The notes: generated by a model from the letters alone, not told the origin. Shown: positions 14,298 through 30,700, counted from the first letter of the stretch. The stretch: DNA of 64,000 bases from Piromyces finnis finn (GCA_002104945.1 MCFH01000020.1:62001-126000), one strand, 5' to 3'. Translations and numbers: made by a program.

Positions 14298-15500
14298 CTA
14301 ACAGCAACCACCAGTTTGTTCTTGTGGAACAGCAGCACCTGAAGATAACTTAATCTTCTTTTCATTTTTATTTTGAGCAGTACTATTACCCATTCTATAT
14401 AAATTACAATATTAATAATAAATAGTTAAGTATGTATATACATGTTTATATTTATAAGTCAAAATATATTCACCTATCCTTAATTTGCTTAGTCATAGTT
14501 AAGAAGGCTTGTTCAACATTTGTTGCACTCTTAGCACTAGTTTCTAAGAATGGTATAGATAATTGATCAGCGAATTCCTAAATATAATAATAATAATATT
14601 ATAATTAATACAATAAAAACTCATTAATATTTATATATATTATGAAATTATTCTCTCTAAAAATAATAATACAATAATAATAATTTTTATATTAATTTTT
14701 ACCTTAGCAGTGTTGTAATCTACAACTTTCTTACTTTCAAGATCACTCTTGTTACCAACTAAAAGCTTATTAACACCTTCACAAGCATAGTGGTCAATTT
14801 CTTGTAACCATTGTTTTACGTTGTTGAAAGTATCTTGGTCTGTAACATCATAAACAACAATAATACCATGAGCACCACGGTAGTAACTAGAAGTAATAGT
14901 ACGGAATCTTTCTTGACCAGCAGTATCCCACTGTTAATTATTATTTAATATAGATTATTATTAAAATTAAGAATATTTTTTTTTAATTATATAATTAATG
15001 TAAAGGTATATATAATTACAATTTGAAGTTTGACAGTCTTTCCTTCAAGTTCAATAGTACGGATTTTCTATAAAAATAGTATTTCAATAAATATTAAAAT
15101 GATTAAACAGTTATCAAAAATAAAATAACTATTAATAAATAAACAACTTACAAAATCAACACCAATAGTACTAATGTAACTTTCGGTGTAAGTATCATCC
15201 TATATTTAAATATATTTTTATAATTTAACGAATAATATTTTGATATTAAAATCGAATTAAATTTCATTATTATATCTATAATTTAAATTGCTTTACTTTA
15301 TTATACTTACAGCAAAACGTAAAAGAAGACAGGATTTACCAACACCGGAATCACCGATAAGTAAAAGTTTGAATAAATAGTCGCTGTTTATTCAATATTT
15401 AAACATTTAATAATAAGTTAAATATTCTTTTTATATTACTATAATATTACATATTTATAAAGAATAACGAAAATAAAAAAACTTACTATTCTGGATTCAT
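14298..15500 (-). CDS. YPT1: Rab1/Ypt1 small GTPase; 7 exons
   Basis: Spliced translation [83 protein letters not shown]...LLVGNKSD...FLETSAK...GGCC*, with a C-terminal CC prenylation motif. Confidence 0.97.
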
Positions 15501-17563
15501 TTTCTCTATATCTCTTTAATAAATTATAATAAATTAAATAAACAATATTATTTATAATAATTAGTACTTCAATAATTCGCCAATATTAATAACTAGTATT
15601 ATAATATAATTTTATTTTTTTTAACATGTTTTAATATATTCATTGTTTCTATGTATGGTATTATATATTATTCGATGAAACACCATTTACTAAAAATCGA
15701 TGAGTTTAAACGAAAAAATATAATTTTAGAATGCATATTAATTTTACTGATAAATGTTTATACTTTATTTTATCGGTCTTAAATAATAAAGTTTTTTTTT
15801 TTTACTACCTTTTATTTTAAATAATATTGATTAATTCAATTTCTATTTGTTATTTTATATAATTAATACAACAAATATTTTTTTTTTTAAATTTATTAAA
15901 ACTTCTTACTCTTATAATAAAAGTTAATTATTATAATGCACTTTTTCTTTTTTCTTTACTATATCAAACAATACTTTTTTATTGTTATTATATTTAAATT
16001 ATTAAATAATGTTGAATTCCTTTTTTTTTTTATTATTATTATTATATTTCCTTTAAAATCTATATGTTTTTATTTATTTATTAATTTGTTAAATATTTTT
16101 TTTTTCTCAAAATAAATATAATTATTATTTTCTTAATTGATTTCTTTGTTTATTTATTTATTTTTATTCATTTGTTTATTTATAACAATATTTTTTACTT
16201 ATAATTATTTATTTTCTTCTTTCTCTGTTTTGATTTTTTTTTTTTTTTTTATTAATATAAATATTTTTGTTAATATATATAATTTTTACCTAAAAAATAA
16301 ATTTAAAAAAAATAAAAAAGATATGACAACAAATTATAAAACAGTTGTTTTAAAGGTATTATATATAATTAATAAAAAATAACAATCGTTAATAAAAGAA
16401 ATTAAATGTATATATAAATAATAAAATGTATTGATTATTTACTTTTATTTCTAAAAAATAAAATAATAAAAAAAGATAAAAATAAATAAAAAAAATTTAT
16501 ATTCTATTTTAATAGTATACCAATTTAATTTATATATAAAAATTTATGTTTACAATTTATTATTTAAAATTTTATTATATATTATTTATTATTAATTATG
16601 TATTAACAATATTATAATATAATTTAATAATAATATACATTAATTAAAATTTTATTAATAAAAAATTTTACAAAAAAAGTTTCTAAAATGTATTTCTTTA
16701 ATTTATATTTTTATATACTATATTCTTTCATTATAAATAAAAAAATCTAAAATAAATAATGTTTAATGAAATCTAGTATCAATAAAATACTATTTTCATC
16801 TTTGAATATTACCATATTTTGATACGCCTTTAATTTATATTTTAATAATTAATATTGATTGTTAATAACTTATTTCTATGTATACATTATATAAAAATTG
16901 TACTAATTGAATGCTTCCATGTTCATGTCAATTGTTTTTTTTTTTTTTTATTATCTATTATAATAGTATAAAATAGTAAAATTATGTATAATATATATAT
17001 ATCAAATTTTATTAATATACTTATATAAAGTTTTAAATTTTAAAAAAATTTACAAATATTTTTAAATAAATTATTCATTTATTCGATAATTTATTCATTC
17101 ATTAATATATTTGTTGTCAAATTTATAATTATACATATTTTCTTTAGAATAAATAAATTATAAGGCATAATTTGCATTATTAATTTATTATAATAGAATA
17201 ATAATAAAATAATAAAATCAACACTTTATTCTAGTTAAAATATATATAAATCTAGTCTTTTAATTTAACTTTATTTCTCATATTTTATTTATATTTTTCT
17301 TCTTTTTTTTTTTTGTGGAAGTAAGGATTAATCTAGTTTTTTTTATTTATTTATTTTACTATTTATATATTATTTTAAAATATTAATTTATTTTAATTTT
17401 ACACATTTTAATTTTTTTTTGTTTGTTTGTTTATTCGTTTCTTTTTTGTTGTTGTTGTTGTTATTTTTTTTGATAAATATTTTTTAATATATTTACATTG
17501 TTATTATTTATATGTTGATATAATAAGATGATTTATTTTATGCTTATAATATTTAATTTTTAT

Positions 17564-20420
17564 TTAAATAGTAGCTAATTTTGGTTCTGGTGAAGCAATT
17601 TCTGGTTGATTTTCACCTTTTCTGTTACGAATAAGATCTAACCATTCCGGCATACCTGTTTGATCAAGCATAGCCTATTTAATTATTAATACAAATACAT
17701 CATTATATGAAATTTTTATTATACCTTCATTATATGCTATACATTTCTATATTAAATATAGATAATAAATAATAAATTAAGCTTACTTGGAAGTAAGTTC
17801 CATTTTTGTCAACCTTCTTTCTATATTCAGTAGCTTTAAGTAATGGAACGTGAACATATTGATTATTAATACTACCAACAATCTAAATAAAATAATAATT
17901 TTACTTTGTTATTATTTATATAAAATAAGAAGCTTAGAGTATATTATTAGAATATATTATAATATTCACCATATCAGTTTTACCAGCCATGGCTGCATGA
18001 CAACACCTATATTATATATTAAAATCATTTAAACATAAATTTCTAATATATAAGAATGTAAAAAAAAAAATTTTAAGTCAATGTTTAAAATATATACATT
18101 TGAGCCAAAATAGTTGAATAGGCAGCATCAAATGGATTGGCTATATTTATTAAATTTTATTATTAATTTATTATATTACATATCACAAAGATGTTATAAA
18201 ATTTATATATTTCTACCTTTACAACATCTTATTTGGTAAGATGGGTCAATATAGATAACCTTTGATTCAATACCTTTTTCTGTAAGTCTTTAATAGAGTT
18301 TAATAATGAAAATTATTAATATATTAAAATAATAATTTTATAAAGAAATATATATATATATAACTAAAAATAGTTAATACAAGAAATTGAAATAGACCTT
18401 TTAGGAATTTCACTCTTTAAGAAAAGACCAATGTCTTGAAGAACAGTATTTCCAGACTTATCAGTTTTACCAGTTGGTGGAAGAATATCCTTTTTTTATA
18501 TAAAGAAGTAATAATTAATACTTAAATAACTGTATTAAGTATTAATTATATGTTAATAATAAACTTACTTGACCAGCTCCTTCCGCACAAACAATTACAC
18601 AATGTTCACTTGTTTTGAATCTAATAATTAAATATTCAATTAGTTCTTCCATAGTGAACTTAGCCTTTAATTATTAATATTTAATATATTTATATAAATA
18701 TATTATTAGAAAATATTATATTAAATATATATAAATATAAATTAAATATATATATACTTACTTCAGGTAATAATACAATATTTACATCTCCAGATGAAAT
18801 TGCTATTATTTTATGAAAATTTTTAAACTTTTAGCGAATAATTATAAATTTTAATATTTTAACTTTATTTGTATCATACAAGCATTTAAAGCAATAAAAC
18901 CAGAATCTCTTCCCATTAATTTAACAAGACCTATACCATTAAATACAGATCTGGCTTCTTGATGAGCAGCCAATATTGGAGCTTGGGCTTGCTCAATAGC
19001 AGTTTCAAACCCAAAAGTTCTATCAACATATGCTAAATCATTATCAACAGTCTATTTATTATTATTTAAATATAATAATTTTGTCAATATAATTATATAC
19101 TTTTTTATTAAAATTATAACTTATTTTTAACCTTAGGAACACCTATAACAGATATCTGCTTATTTCTTTTAGTAACTTCTTCATAGATTTGATGAGCTCC
19201 CTTTTGAGTACCATCACCACCTTTATATAGAAATTTTTATAAGTTACTTGTTGAAAATATTTTTATATATTATATATATTTGATTTTACCAATAGTAACT
19301 AAAATATCAATTCCAAGATCAATAATATTATCTACCATAACTTTACTATCTTGATGGCCTCTATTTATAACAATGAATTTAATTTTTTAAAATAAATGAG
19401 TAAATATAAATAAATATATAAATAAATAAGTAAATAAAATACCTTGATGAACCAAGATAAGATCCACCTAAATTATGAATATCTTTAACAACTTCAGGCG
19501 TTAATGAAATATAGTCTTTATTAGCAATACCATAGTATCCATATCTAATTTAATAAAAATACTATTTAGAAAAGTTTTTTTTTTATTTTTTAAATGCTTA
19601 ATGAGATATTATTATAAATACCTGAACCCATAAATTGGTTTCTTAACACCATATCTTTTTAATATAAATAATTAATAGTGTTGTCAATTATTAAGCAAAA
19701 TTATTAGTAATAATTATAAATATTTAAAATATGCTTTTTTAATAATTTACCTATAGTAAAAACAGTTGACTATAGCTCTTATCACGTTATTAAGACCTGG
19801 ACATAAACCACCACAAGTAACAATTCCAACTTGAACAGTTTCAGCATCAAAAAAAATTCTACTTCTTGGACCAGCTTTTTGAAAACATCTTTTTTAATTT
19901 TTATATATATAAAGTCAAATATTTTAACATTTTTTTATATATAACAATAAAAAAAAATAATAACTGTAGAAGAAAACATATTATCTAATTATATTATTAT
20001 CATTTTACTTTTTGTTAGTTGTATCAAATGGAATTGGAGTTGCTGGTCTTTGATGTTGGGAAACACCTTGTAAAGGCCTTTCAGCTTCCTTTGGTAATAT
20101 CTTTTTTATTAATTTAGAATAGATATATTAGGAGAAGGTTTTTATAATTTCATTTTAAAATAATTTTTTAGCTATTCAAACAATAAATATATAATAAATA
20201 TATATTTTAAAGAAAGATATTGTATTCTCTGATATACAAAATTCACCAATATATTATCAAAGAATTGTTGTTATATATATATATATTTATATTACTTTAA
20301 CAACAGGGTTTAAAAGAACATATTCATTATCTTCAATAAATTGAACGGCATCTAATGGTGAATGAATTTTTGGAACACCAACCGTTTTAATAGAACATGA
20401 ATTATCCATTTCTTTAATAA
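17564..20420 (-). CDS. 6-phosphofructokinase, single-domain plant/trypanosome/spirochaete-like (clade X) type; many introns, 5' end uncertain
   Basis: Spliced motifs: [91 protein letters not shown]. Stop codon after ...PEPKLATI. Confidence 0.88.
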
Positions 20421-21718
20421 GTAAATATATTATATAAGTTGAAATAAATTTTAAAAAATTTAAAAAAAAATTAAAAAGAAAAAAAAGAAATTTAAAATAA
20501 TTAAATTTTAATTTAATTAAAAATAAGTTGAAGTTGAATGAATATTTTTTTTTTTTTTAATTTAATTAATCTTATTAAAAAATATAATAAATATAGTAAT
20601 AAAGTTAAAACATAATTATTCATTAGTATTAATATTAATATTTTATATATTTATTAATAAATACAATTATAAAAAAGTCGTTTTTGAAAGTTATGTTAAT
20701 AAGATAATTTGGTTTATTGTATATTTTTATTAAATTTGATTTATTTTATATGTTATAAAATACACAATAAGATTAATAAAAAGTAGTGAATATCAAACAC
20801 AGAATTAATAATTATAATTTATTTTTGCTATAAAACATGTTATCTAAATCTAAATCCTTTAATGTTAAAAAGTCAATATTACAAACAATATATTAAACTG
20901 TAAACTATCTTAATAACATATATTAATAATAAAAATAAAATAAATCATATTATTTTTTATTAATATTATCGTTTTAAAGATTAGAAACAATATTTTATAA
21001 TATTTTTTGTAAATAGTAATTAATTTATATAATATATTAACATAAAAAGAAAGTAAAATATCTGTTAAAAAATAAAATATATAATATAATGGTTAAAAAT
21101 GGGCTTAATATTCATATTTATATGGTTATTTCATTTTTTATGTTCTAAAAAGAAAAAAATAAGATTTAAAAAAATAGATATATTAATTTGTGGATTAGCT
21201 TTTTTTTTTTTTACATGTTCAGTTGTAGATTTTTTTAATATTTTATATTTTATACAAAAAAAATATTTTTTTTATTTTTTAAGCCAATTAAATTTGTTTG
21301 AATGTATTATTAACTCTATTAAGATTGATCATTTTCTAAATACCATATATTATAATATATTATTTAATATATATTTTTTCTTTTTTGAGTATTAAAAAGT
21401 AAAAACTATATTGTATTAATTTTTTGCTCTTTTTTCTTTTTTTTTTTATACATTTATATTTATTTTAAGTTTCTCAATCCTTTCTTGTATTCAATTCTAA
21501 CTTTTATACTTTGATTGTGCAAATTTAATTATAATTTGAAGATTATAATTTAAAATTAATAAGTTTCATATTTGAAGTTGAGAACATAAAAATAATTTTA
21601 GAAAAATTTAAAGGAAATTGGGAATTTTTAATATATTTAAAAAGTTATAAAGATTTCGCTAGTATTCGAGTATTTATATAATATATAGTATATAAAATAT
21701 ATAATAATATAAAACAAA

Positions 21719-24700
21719 ATGGAAGATGAAATTTTAAATAATAGTACTGAAGATTATTCAGAAGATATTGATATTGGATATACAAATGTTCCATGGGAGA
21801 GTTTAATAAACGATATTGTACCTGCTGAATTATTATCTTCAAGTATAAAAAGAAGATTATATTGTTTAGAAAATTTAAATAAAAAATTTAAAGGACAAGG
21901 TAAAATTAAAAACTAGTAATTTATTTTAAAAATAGCAATAGATTTTGAAAAGTTAAATAATAACTATATACAAATATATATTTAAATTTATATTAAAATT
22001 TATTGTATTGATTGTTTGATTGATTATATTATTAAAAAATATATATAAAATAATAAATATACATTAAAAAGATTTTCAAGACAATTTGACTCCAACTCTT
22101 CTAAAAATTCTTTTGTTAACTGTACCACGTTATATGGATAATGCTTCAAGAACAGAAGTTATAAATTTATTAAAAAATATTTATGAAAATAATCATAGAA
22201 GAAAGAATGATGAACCTTGTGATAATGTAATTATAAAGACTTTAAGTCATTTAATTGAAAAAGAAAATAAATCCATTTTAAAGTATGCATTAATACCATT
22301 TTCTTAATATACAAATTAATGATTATTATTATAATGTAAATAATATTTTAAAAATTTTTTATTCTTAATTTAATCTTATTTTGCAATTAGTTCTTCTTCT
22401 GCAAAATACAAATATGTTTATCTTACATGGACTTATAATTTATTAGATATTGTTTTGTCTGAAACTACCAAGACTATTAAACCAACTGTTAATTCTTTAT
22501 TAAAATCTCAATCTTTATTATTAGAACAAATTTTATTGGACAATGCTGCTTCTCCTTCAATTAAGAAGCAATCTATTAAAGTTGCAAGAAAGGTAGTAAT
22601 TAAGAAGAGACGTTTAGGTGTTGAATCTTATCTTAATTATGCATTAAATAATGATGGTAAGAATTGGTGTTTAATTCTTGGATTAGCAGTCGATGTTGCT
22701 GTTAGAAAGAATTGGAAAGATATTATTGAAGAAAAAAAGGTATTTAATATATTAATTATAAAATAATAATATAAATATAAATAATTATTATTAAATTTTT
22801 TATTTATATTTAAAAAGGACGAAGTAATGAAATTCTATAATAAAAATATAGTAAATGGAAAGGGTGTTAATGAAATTTATCTTGTAAGTAGATATTTTTA
22901 TATAATTAATAAAATAATTAAAAATTGATACAAGTAATGGTATTTTGTTTTATTAATATATTCTCATTACATAAATTATTACAAATATTTGAAATAAAGG
23001 ATTCTTTTATGACTTTTATTGACAATTTCATGTCATATGAAATGTTTAAAGCTGATATTTATCCTTCCGTTAATAGATTACTTTTACGTAGTCCAGAAAC
23101 TATATTAAGTGTATTAAATAATATTTCTAAATACGCTTCCTTTGATATGATGCCATTATTGTCAGAAAAATCATTTTTAGATAATGCATTATCAAATGCA
23201 TATTCTACTAATGAAAATACAAAGAAAAATGCTCAATCATTATTTAACACTATTTTAAGTAAGACAAAAACTAATGATGAAAGCTCTTTAAGTAAGATTA
23301 TTAAATCCTTAATGAAACTTCCAGCTGGTAAAAATACACCAGAAGCTAAACAATTTGCTTATTCAACTTGTACATTCTTTAGTTTTTTACCAATAAATGT
23401 TGTGAAGGATACAGTTAATCAATTAATCACATTATCTGGAAGAGAAAGTAATGAATTAACTATTAAGTCAATTGATAATAATATTGCTTATTTACTTAGC
23501 ATCATGCCAGAAGATAAAGCCAATCAAGATATTATTAATTCTGTAATGCAATATTTGACTAATGGCTTATCAAAGGGAAGTAAATCAGCTATAAGACTTG
23601 CACATTTATCAGGAATTAAAAATTGCTTAAATGAAAAAACTTTTAAGTTTGTTAGTGAAAATAATAAAGGCTTAGTTGATTTAGTAAACACTCTTTTAAA
23701 TACTTTAAAAAAAGTTCAAACATCAGGTATTGGTATGTTAAATACAAATACTGTTAAGGATATTCCAAGTTCTGCTGAAGGTTATTACAGTATTGAATGG
23801 CTTCAAAATTATTCTAAATGGGAAAACGAAAATCAAAAGTCTGTCGTTGGTAAGTAAATTTATTTATATTGTAAATAATAATAATATCAATAATTAAATA
23901 AAATTTAATACTATAATTGTTATAATTTTATATATTTATATAATTAATATATAAATATATATTTTTCGAAATAATAAATTTAATAATTACTTTAATATTT
24001 TCTAAACAAATATATATATATTAAATAGAACAAATACTTGAAGAAAAGAATTTCTACAGTGGTTTGTTTGATAAGGCATCCTACTTACTTAATCACAAAA
24101 TTTATAGTAAACTTCAATTATCCGAAGATGAAGATTTTTCATTTGCAAATGTTATTATTAATTTATTAAAAAGAAATGATATTGAGCAATTAATTTCAGA
24201 ATGTGAAAATGAATTTTCTGATGTTGTTGATTATTTATCAATAACTTGTAAACATTATAAAGTAAGAAACTTTATTAATGACGAAATAAAAACTCTTATG
24301 ATTTCTAGTTTAAAGAATGAAAATTTAGATGATATTGATTTTTATGTAAGAATTGTTTCTACTGGTATTGTTAATTTACTTAAGGAATCCGATGAAATTC
24401 TTTTAAAGAACCAAAACAATTTAAATACTTTAGCTTGGCCAGAAGATGCTTCATATAATTCTAGTGATTTTGAAGTTAAATTATATAATACTTTAAAATC
24501 CTTAGTTCCAAACGTTTCTTCTATTGAAGGAGTTGATAGAGATATCGTTGTTGATTATCTTGAAGACATTCTCTTAAAATTGGTTATTATTTTATCACAC
24601 CCTCGAATTGTTAAAAAATTAGGTATCGATGGCTGGCTTCAGTTATGTTATAATGTTGAAATTGATCCAGTAAATTTGGTTTCTGTTAAATCTGAAGATA

Positions 24701-27700
24701 TATTAACTAAATGGATGAATAAAGAAAAAGAAGGTGCTTATTATGGTACATTAAATATAAATGATTCTACATTCTTAGAAGCAACTTTAAATGCAATTTT
24801 AATGTTCACATCTATTTCTGAAGATACTGTTTTACCAATTACAATTACTAATGCTATTAATGAATTAAACAATTATAGAAATACCGAAATTACTCAAACT
24901 GATATAGATATATGGAACACCCCAGAAGGTGAATTATATGATGATCCACTTAAAAAGAATGATAAAGGATCTAATAAAAAGGATGATTGGGAGAGAAAAT
25001 TACAAAAAGAAATTGAAGAAAAGCGACGTGCTAGTGGTCGTGCTGTTCAACAAAAATTAACAAAAGAACAAAAAAGTTTAGTAGAAAAGCAACTTGCAAA
25101 AGAATCTGAAATTAGAAAAAATGTTCAATCAGTATATGATAAAGTCAAAACAGCTATTTTAATAATGAATAGCGTTATTTCTGGTGTTACTACTAGTAAC
25201 AAGAGTTACTTAGACGATGAAGCTCCAAAAGATACTACATTAGATAAATGGATGGGTATTATAATTGATACTTTATTAAATAATGTTATTCTTTATGAGC
25301 TTAATATTTCAAAAAATGGTGAGAAGAAAGAATTTATTTATAGAGATGCTATAGACACTTTAGGCAAATTAGGTGGTTGTCTTCCTAAGAGGGTTCAAGA
25401 TGTTATTACCCCTCCATTATTATTAATGACAACATTAAGATCATTTGGAGTTGGCAAAAACCAAGAAAATGAAGAAATACCATCACATTGGTCTTCAATT
25501 ACTATTAATACCTTAGTCAAAAATTCTTTAACAAAGTTGATCTCTTATGCTCCAAAGTTTATTACACCATCTTCATTTGCATACATGTATCCACTTATTG
25601 ATAATGTTCTTAATACTAGAGGTATCATATCTACTATTCCAGAAAAGAATAGACTTGATTTTATTGAAAAATGTATTGAATATATTGGTAAATACTATGA
25701 TGAAGAATATGCCTCATGCGATTCTATTAAGAATACCTCTATTCTTAATTGCTTATTAAATATTGTTGGTCAATATCCAAAGTTTGTTAGTAAATGTTCT
25801 GAAAATATTGTAAAATTATGCGAAGGTGTCAAATTTTATCAAGAAAGCATTTATGAAGAAGAAGAAGAAGAAGAAGATTCTAATATCGAAAAAGAAAACG
25901 AGTTATCTTCTCTTGAAGGTGAAGATAATGACTCATTTGTCAGTGCATTACTTGACGGTTTACTTTCTGAAAGTAAAGATGTTAGAAGTGTTTGTCTTAA
26001 AGGTTTAACTATTGTTGATATTCCTTATGGAGAATTAGAAACTAAATATAATATTCGTGATTATATATCTGCTTTCGATGAAGATGAAGCAGTTAGTGCC
26101 TTTTCAATGAATTCTTTCATTGAAAGAAATGGAGAAGATGTCCATACATTAGAAGAAATTACAGGTATTGCTGATCTTATTATTCATAAATATGAAGTTA
26201 TAAGAAATAATTCTGCAAAAGCTTTAGCTAAATGTGTTAAAGATTATCCAGAAGTTCTTGATACTGTTATTGATAAGATTTATGAAACTTACAAAGATCT
26301 TAATGCTCCTCCAGTACCAGAATATGATGAATATGGTATGGTTATAAAGGAATCATTAATTAAGGAAGATAACTGGGAAGCTAGAAGTGGTTTAGCAACT
26401 GCTCTTAAATTCTGTGCCCCTTCATTAGAATCATGCTCTAGTTTGGAAAAATTATATAAATTTTTAATTTATGATAAGGCTTTGGGTGATGAGAATGATA
26501 ATGTAAGTAAAATTATGCTTGATGCTGGACTTATTGCTCTTAAACTTAATGGAAAGAACCATATTCAAGAATTATTAAACATTATGAATGGTTATTTATC
26601 AAAACCATCTTCTGGTTCGGAAGATCAAGATACTATTCGTGAATCTGTTGTTATTTCATTAGGTACACTCTCTCAACATCTTGATCCAAGTGATCCATCT
26701 ATTCCAGTTGTTATATCTAAATTAATTGATACATTAAAAACACCATCTGAAGCTGTTCAAGAAGCTGTTGCTAATTGTATTCCAGGTTTAATTAAGGTAA
26801 TAGGTAAGGATGAGAGTGCTGAATTAGTTAAGAAGTTATTGGATGGAATTCTTAATGGAAGTAATTATGGTGAAAGAAGAGGTAACGCCTATGGTCTTGC
26901 TGGTGTTGTTAAGGGTCGTGGTATGGTTACCTTAAAAGAATGTGATGTAATGCAAACATTAAAGGAAGCTGTTGAAAATAAGAAGAAATATGAATATAGA
27001 GAAGGTTCTTTATGTGCTTTTGAAACCTTATCTATGACATTAGGTAGATTATTTGAACCATATATTATCCAAATCATTCCATACTTATTAACATGTTTTG
27101 GTGATCCAAAGCCAGAAGTTCGTGAAGCTACACAGGATGCAGCAAGAGTTATTATGGGTAAGATTAGTGGTCACTGTGTTAAACTTATTTTACCTAGTTT
27201 ACTTGTAGCTTTAGAGGATAAAAACTGGAGAACAAAGACTGGTAGTATTGAATTCTTAGGTACTATGGCTTTCTGTGTTCCAAAACAATTAAGTGTTAGT
27301 TTACCAGCAATTATTCCAAGTTTATGTGAAGTTTTATCTGATTCTCATATTAAAGTTCAAGAAGCTGCAAAGAATGCTTTAAATAACTTTGGTCAAGTTA
27401 TTAAAAACCCAGAAATTCAAGAACTTGTTCCTTCTCTTATTGATGCTATGGTTAATCCAGATACAAAAACACAAACTGCATTAAAAGATTTATTAGAAAC
27501 TGCTTTTGTTCACTATATTGATGCTCCTTCATTAGCTTTAGTTATGCCAATCATTAGTCGTGGTTTAAGAGAAAGAAATAGTGAAACCAAGAAAATGGCT
27601 TCTCAAATTATGGGTAATATGTCTTCATTAACAGATAAAAAAGATATTGTTCCATATATTGAAAGACTTATGCCAAGTCTTAAGGAAGTTTTAATTGATC

Positions 27701-30700
27701 CAAATCCAGAAGCTCGTGCTTTCGCTTCTAAGGCTTTAGGTACTATGATTGAAAAATTAGGTGAAGATAACTTCCCAGAATTAATGTCAGAATTAATGAC
27801 TATCTTGAAATCAGATACTAGTGCTGTTGATCGTTCCGGTGCTGCTCAAGGTCTTAGTGAAGTATTACGTGGTCTTGGTATAAATCATATGGAAAAACTT
27901 CTTCCAGAAGTTATTGAAAATACCTCAAGCTCTAAACAACATGTTCGTGAAGGTTTCATGACTCTTTTAGTTTATCTTCCAGCTACATTTGGTGATCAAT
28001 TCCAAAACTATCTCAGCAAGATTATCCCATGTATTCTTCATGGTTTAGCAGATGATGTTGAAAGCGTAAGAGAAGTTAGTTTAAGAGCTGGTCAAATGAT
28101 TGTTCAAAATTACTCTACTACTGCTGTCGATTTATTACTTCCAGCCTTAAAGAGAGGACTCTTTGATGACAATTGGAGAATTCGTCTTAGTTCTATTCAA
28201 CTTTTGGGAGACTTACTTTACCGTATTATTGGTATTTCTAAGAATAACTTGAATTCTGATGATATTGAACAATTAGATGTTTATGGATCTGAAACAGCTC
28301 GTAAAGTTCTTATCTTTACTTTGGGAGATGAAGGATATATGCAAGTCTTGGCATCTATTTATATTGTTAGAAGTGATACCAGTGCTGTTGTTCGTCAATG
28401 CAGTATTCATATTTGGAAGTCTATTGTTGCTAATACTCCAAAGACTCTTAAGGAAATCCTTCCAATCTTAATGAATATGCTTATTAACAATTTAGCTAGT
28501 GCTGAATATGAAAAGAGACAAGCTGCTGCTCGTACTTTAGGTGATCTTGTCAGAAAGTTGGGTGAAGGTATTCTTGATGAAATCTTACCAACCTTCGACA
28601 AGGGTCTTGAAAGTCCAAATGTTTACACAAGACAAGGTGTATGTATTGGTATTGGTAAGATTCTTGGTAGTATTGGTAAGACTCAATTAGCTGACTTCTC
28701 AGAAAGAATGATTCCATTAGTACAAAAATCATTAGTTGACTCAGAAGCTACAGTTCGTGAAGCATCTGCACAAGCATTTGATGTCTTACTTCAAAGTATT
28801 GGTAATAAGGCAATTGATGAAATATTACCTAAATTACTTACTGAACTTAAGGATGGTGATAATTCTACTTATGCTTTAGAAGCATTAAAGGAACTTATGG
28901 CTGTTCGTGCTTATGTTGTCTTCCCAGTTCTTATTCCAACTCTTATCTCTCAACCAATTACTGCATTCAATGCTAGTGCTTTAGGTAGTTTGATTTCTGT
29001 TGCTGGTGAAGCTCTTACTCGTAAGTTAAACGTTATTATACCAGCATTAATGAATGGTCTTGAACAAGAAGATGATGCACAAGAAGAAATTAGAGAAGCA
29101 TTAAAGATTGCTGTATCATCTGTTGATGATGAAGATGGTATAGCTGCTTTAGTTGAATTATTATTAGAAACTATACGTGATACTCATGTAACTAAATGCA
29201 AGTCAGGATGTTATTGTTTAGAAGTTTTCTGCTCTGAAACTCATGCTGATTTATCAATGTACATTCCAGATCTTTTGAATGTTTTGATCAATTTATTAAA
29301 CCATAAAGATGATGAAATTGTTGAAATTAGTTGGAAGACTCTTTCTGCTGTTACTAATGAAATTAAGAAAGATACTCTTGATAATTATGTTAATTGCTTA
29401 AGAAAGTCTATTGCAGAAGCTTGTGAAAATTTAGGTCCAGAAGAACCATTAAAGGGTTTCTGTTTACCAAAGGGCTTGAAACCAGTTATTCCAATTTATT
29501 TACATGGATTAATGTACTCATCTTCTGAAACTCGTGAATGTGCAGCTCAAGGTATTGGTGAACTTATTCAACGTACATCTGCTGAATCTCTTAAACCATT
29601 CGTTACTCAAATTACCGGTCCACTCATTCGTATCATTGGTGACCGTTTCCCATGGCAAGTTAAAGCTGCTATTTTAAAGACTCTTAACATTTTATTAGCT
29701 AAGGTTCCAATATATCTTAAGCCATTCTTACCACAATTACAAAGAATATTTACTAAATCTCTTACAGAATCTCAAGCTGTTGTCCGTAATCAAGCTGCTA
29801 AAGCTCTTTCTGTCTTAGTCCCACTTCAACCACGTCTTGATCCATTAATTGTTGAAATCAATACTGGTTACAAGAATGCCTCCGATTCTGGTGTTAAAGA
29901 AGCTATGTTAGCTGCTTTATACAATGTTTTAAAGACTGTAAAAGAAAAAGGTAAAAAAATTTCTCCAGCTACATGTACAGTTGTTGAAAAAACTATATTA
30001 TCTATCTTAAATGATCATAATGCTGAACAAAAGATCCTTTTATATGCTGCTCAATCTTTCGGTTCATACTGTGCTATTACATCTGAAGAAAATGCTTCAA
30101 AATTGATTAAAGATAATATTGATTTATTTAATGACAGTGACTCTGTTGAAGATAAGGCCTCTTCTATTTTATCTTTATTAAATGTTACTTACGAATGTCA
30201 AGAATTAATTAACAAATTTGGATATATTGATGATATTGTTGACATTCTCAAGGAATCTTTTGAAAGTATTGATACAGTAATTGTTTGTGATAATGCTGTA
30301 AAGATTGCAGGTCAATTAATGCTTAGTGAAAAGAATGAAACAAATGATTTACTAGAACGTCTTGTTCCATCACTTGTTGTTTTATTAAAGGAAAGACCAA
30401 GTGAATGTAAGAGAACAGCATTGATTGTTATTAAGAAGATAGCTAAAAAAGATTATGCTAGTATTAATCCATTCCTTAATCAACTTATTCCAGTTATAAT
30501 GACCTGTGTTCGTGACAGAAATATACCTGTTAAGCTTTCTAGTGAACGTGCATTAATTTACTTATTCGATTTAAAGAATGGTAACGATGTTCTTCAAGTA
30601 AGTATTAAAAATGAATATTAATAAAATTTACATATTTATTGATATAAAAACAGTTTTGGATATTAAATTTATATAATTTTTTCTTTAACAAAAAATTAAT

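Noticed and set aside
16137-16382. 81-aa F/I/K-rich ORF (likewise 21099-21395 and 45630-45824)
   Set aside because: TTG-started chance ORFs in near-pure A/T intergenic DNA, with composition set by homopolymer runs.
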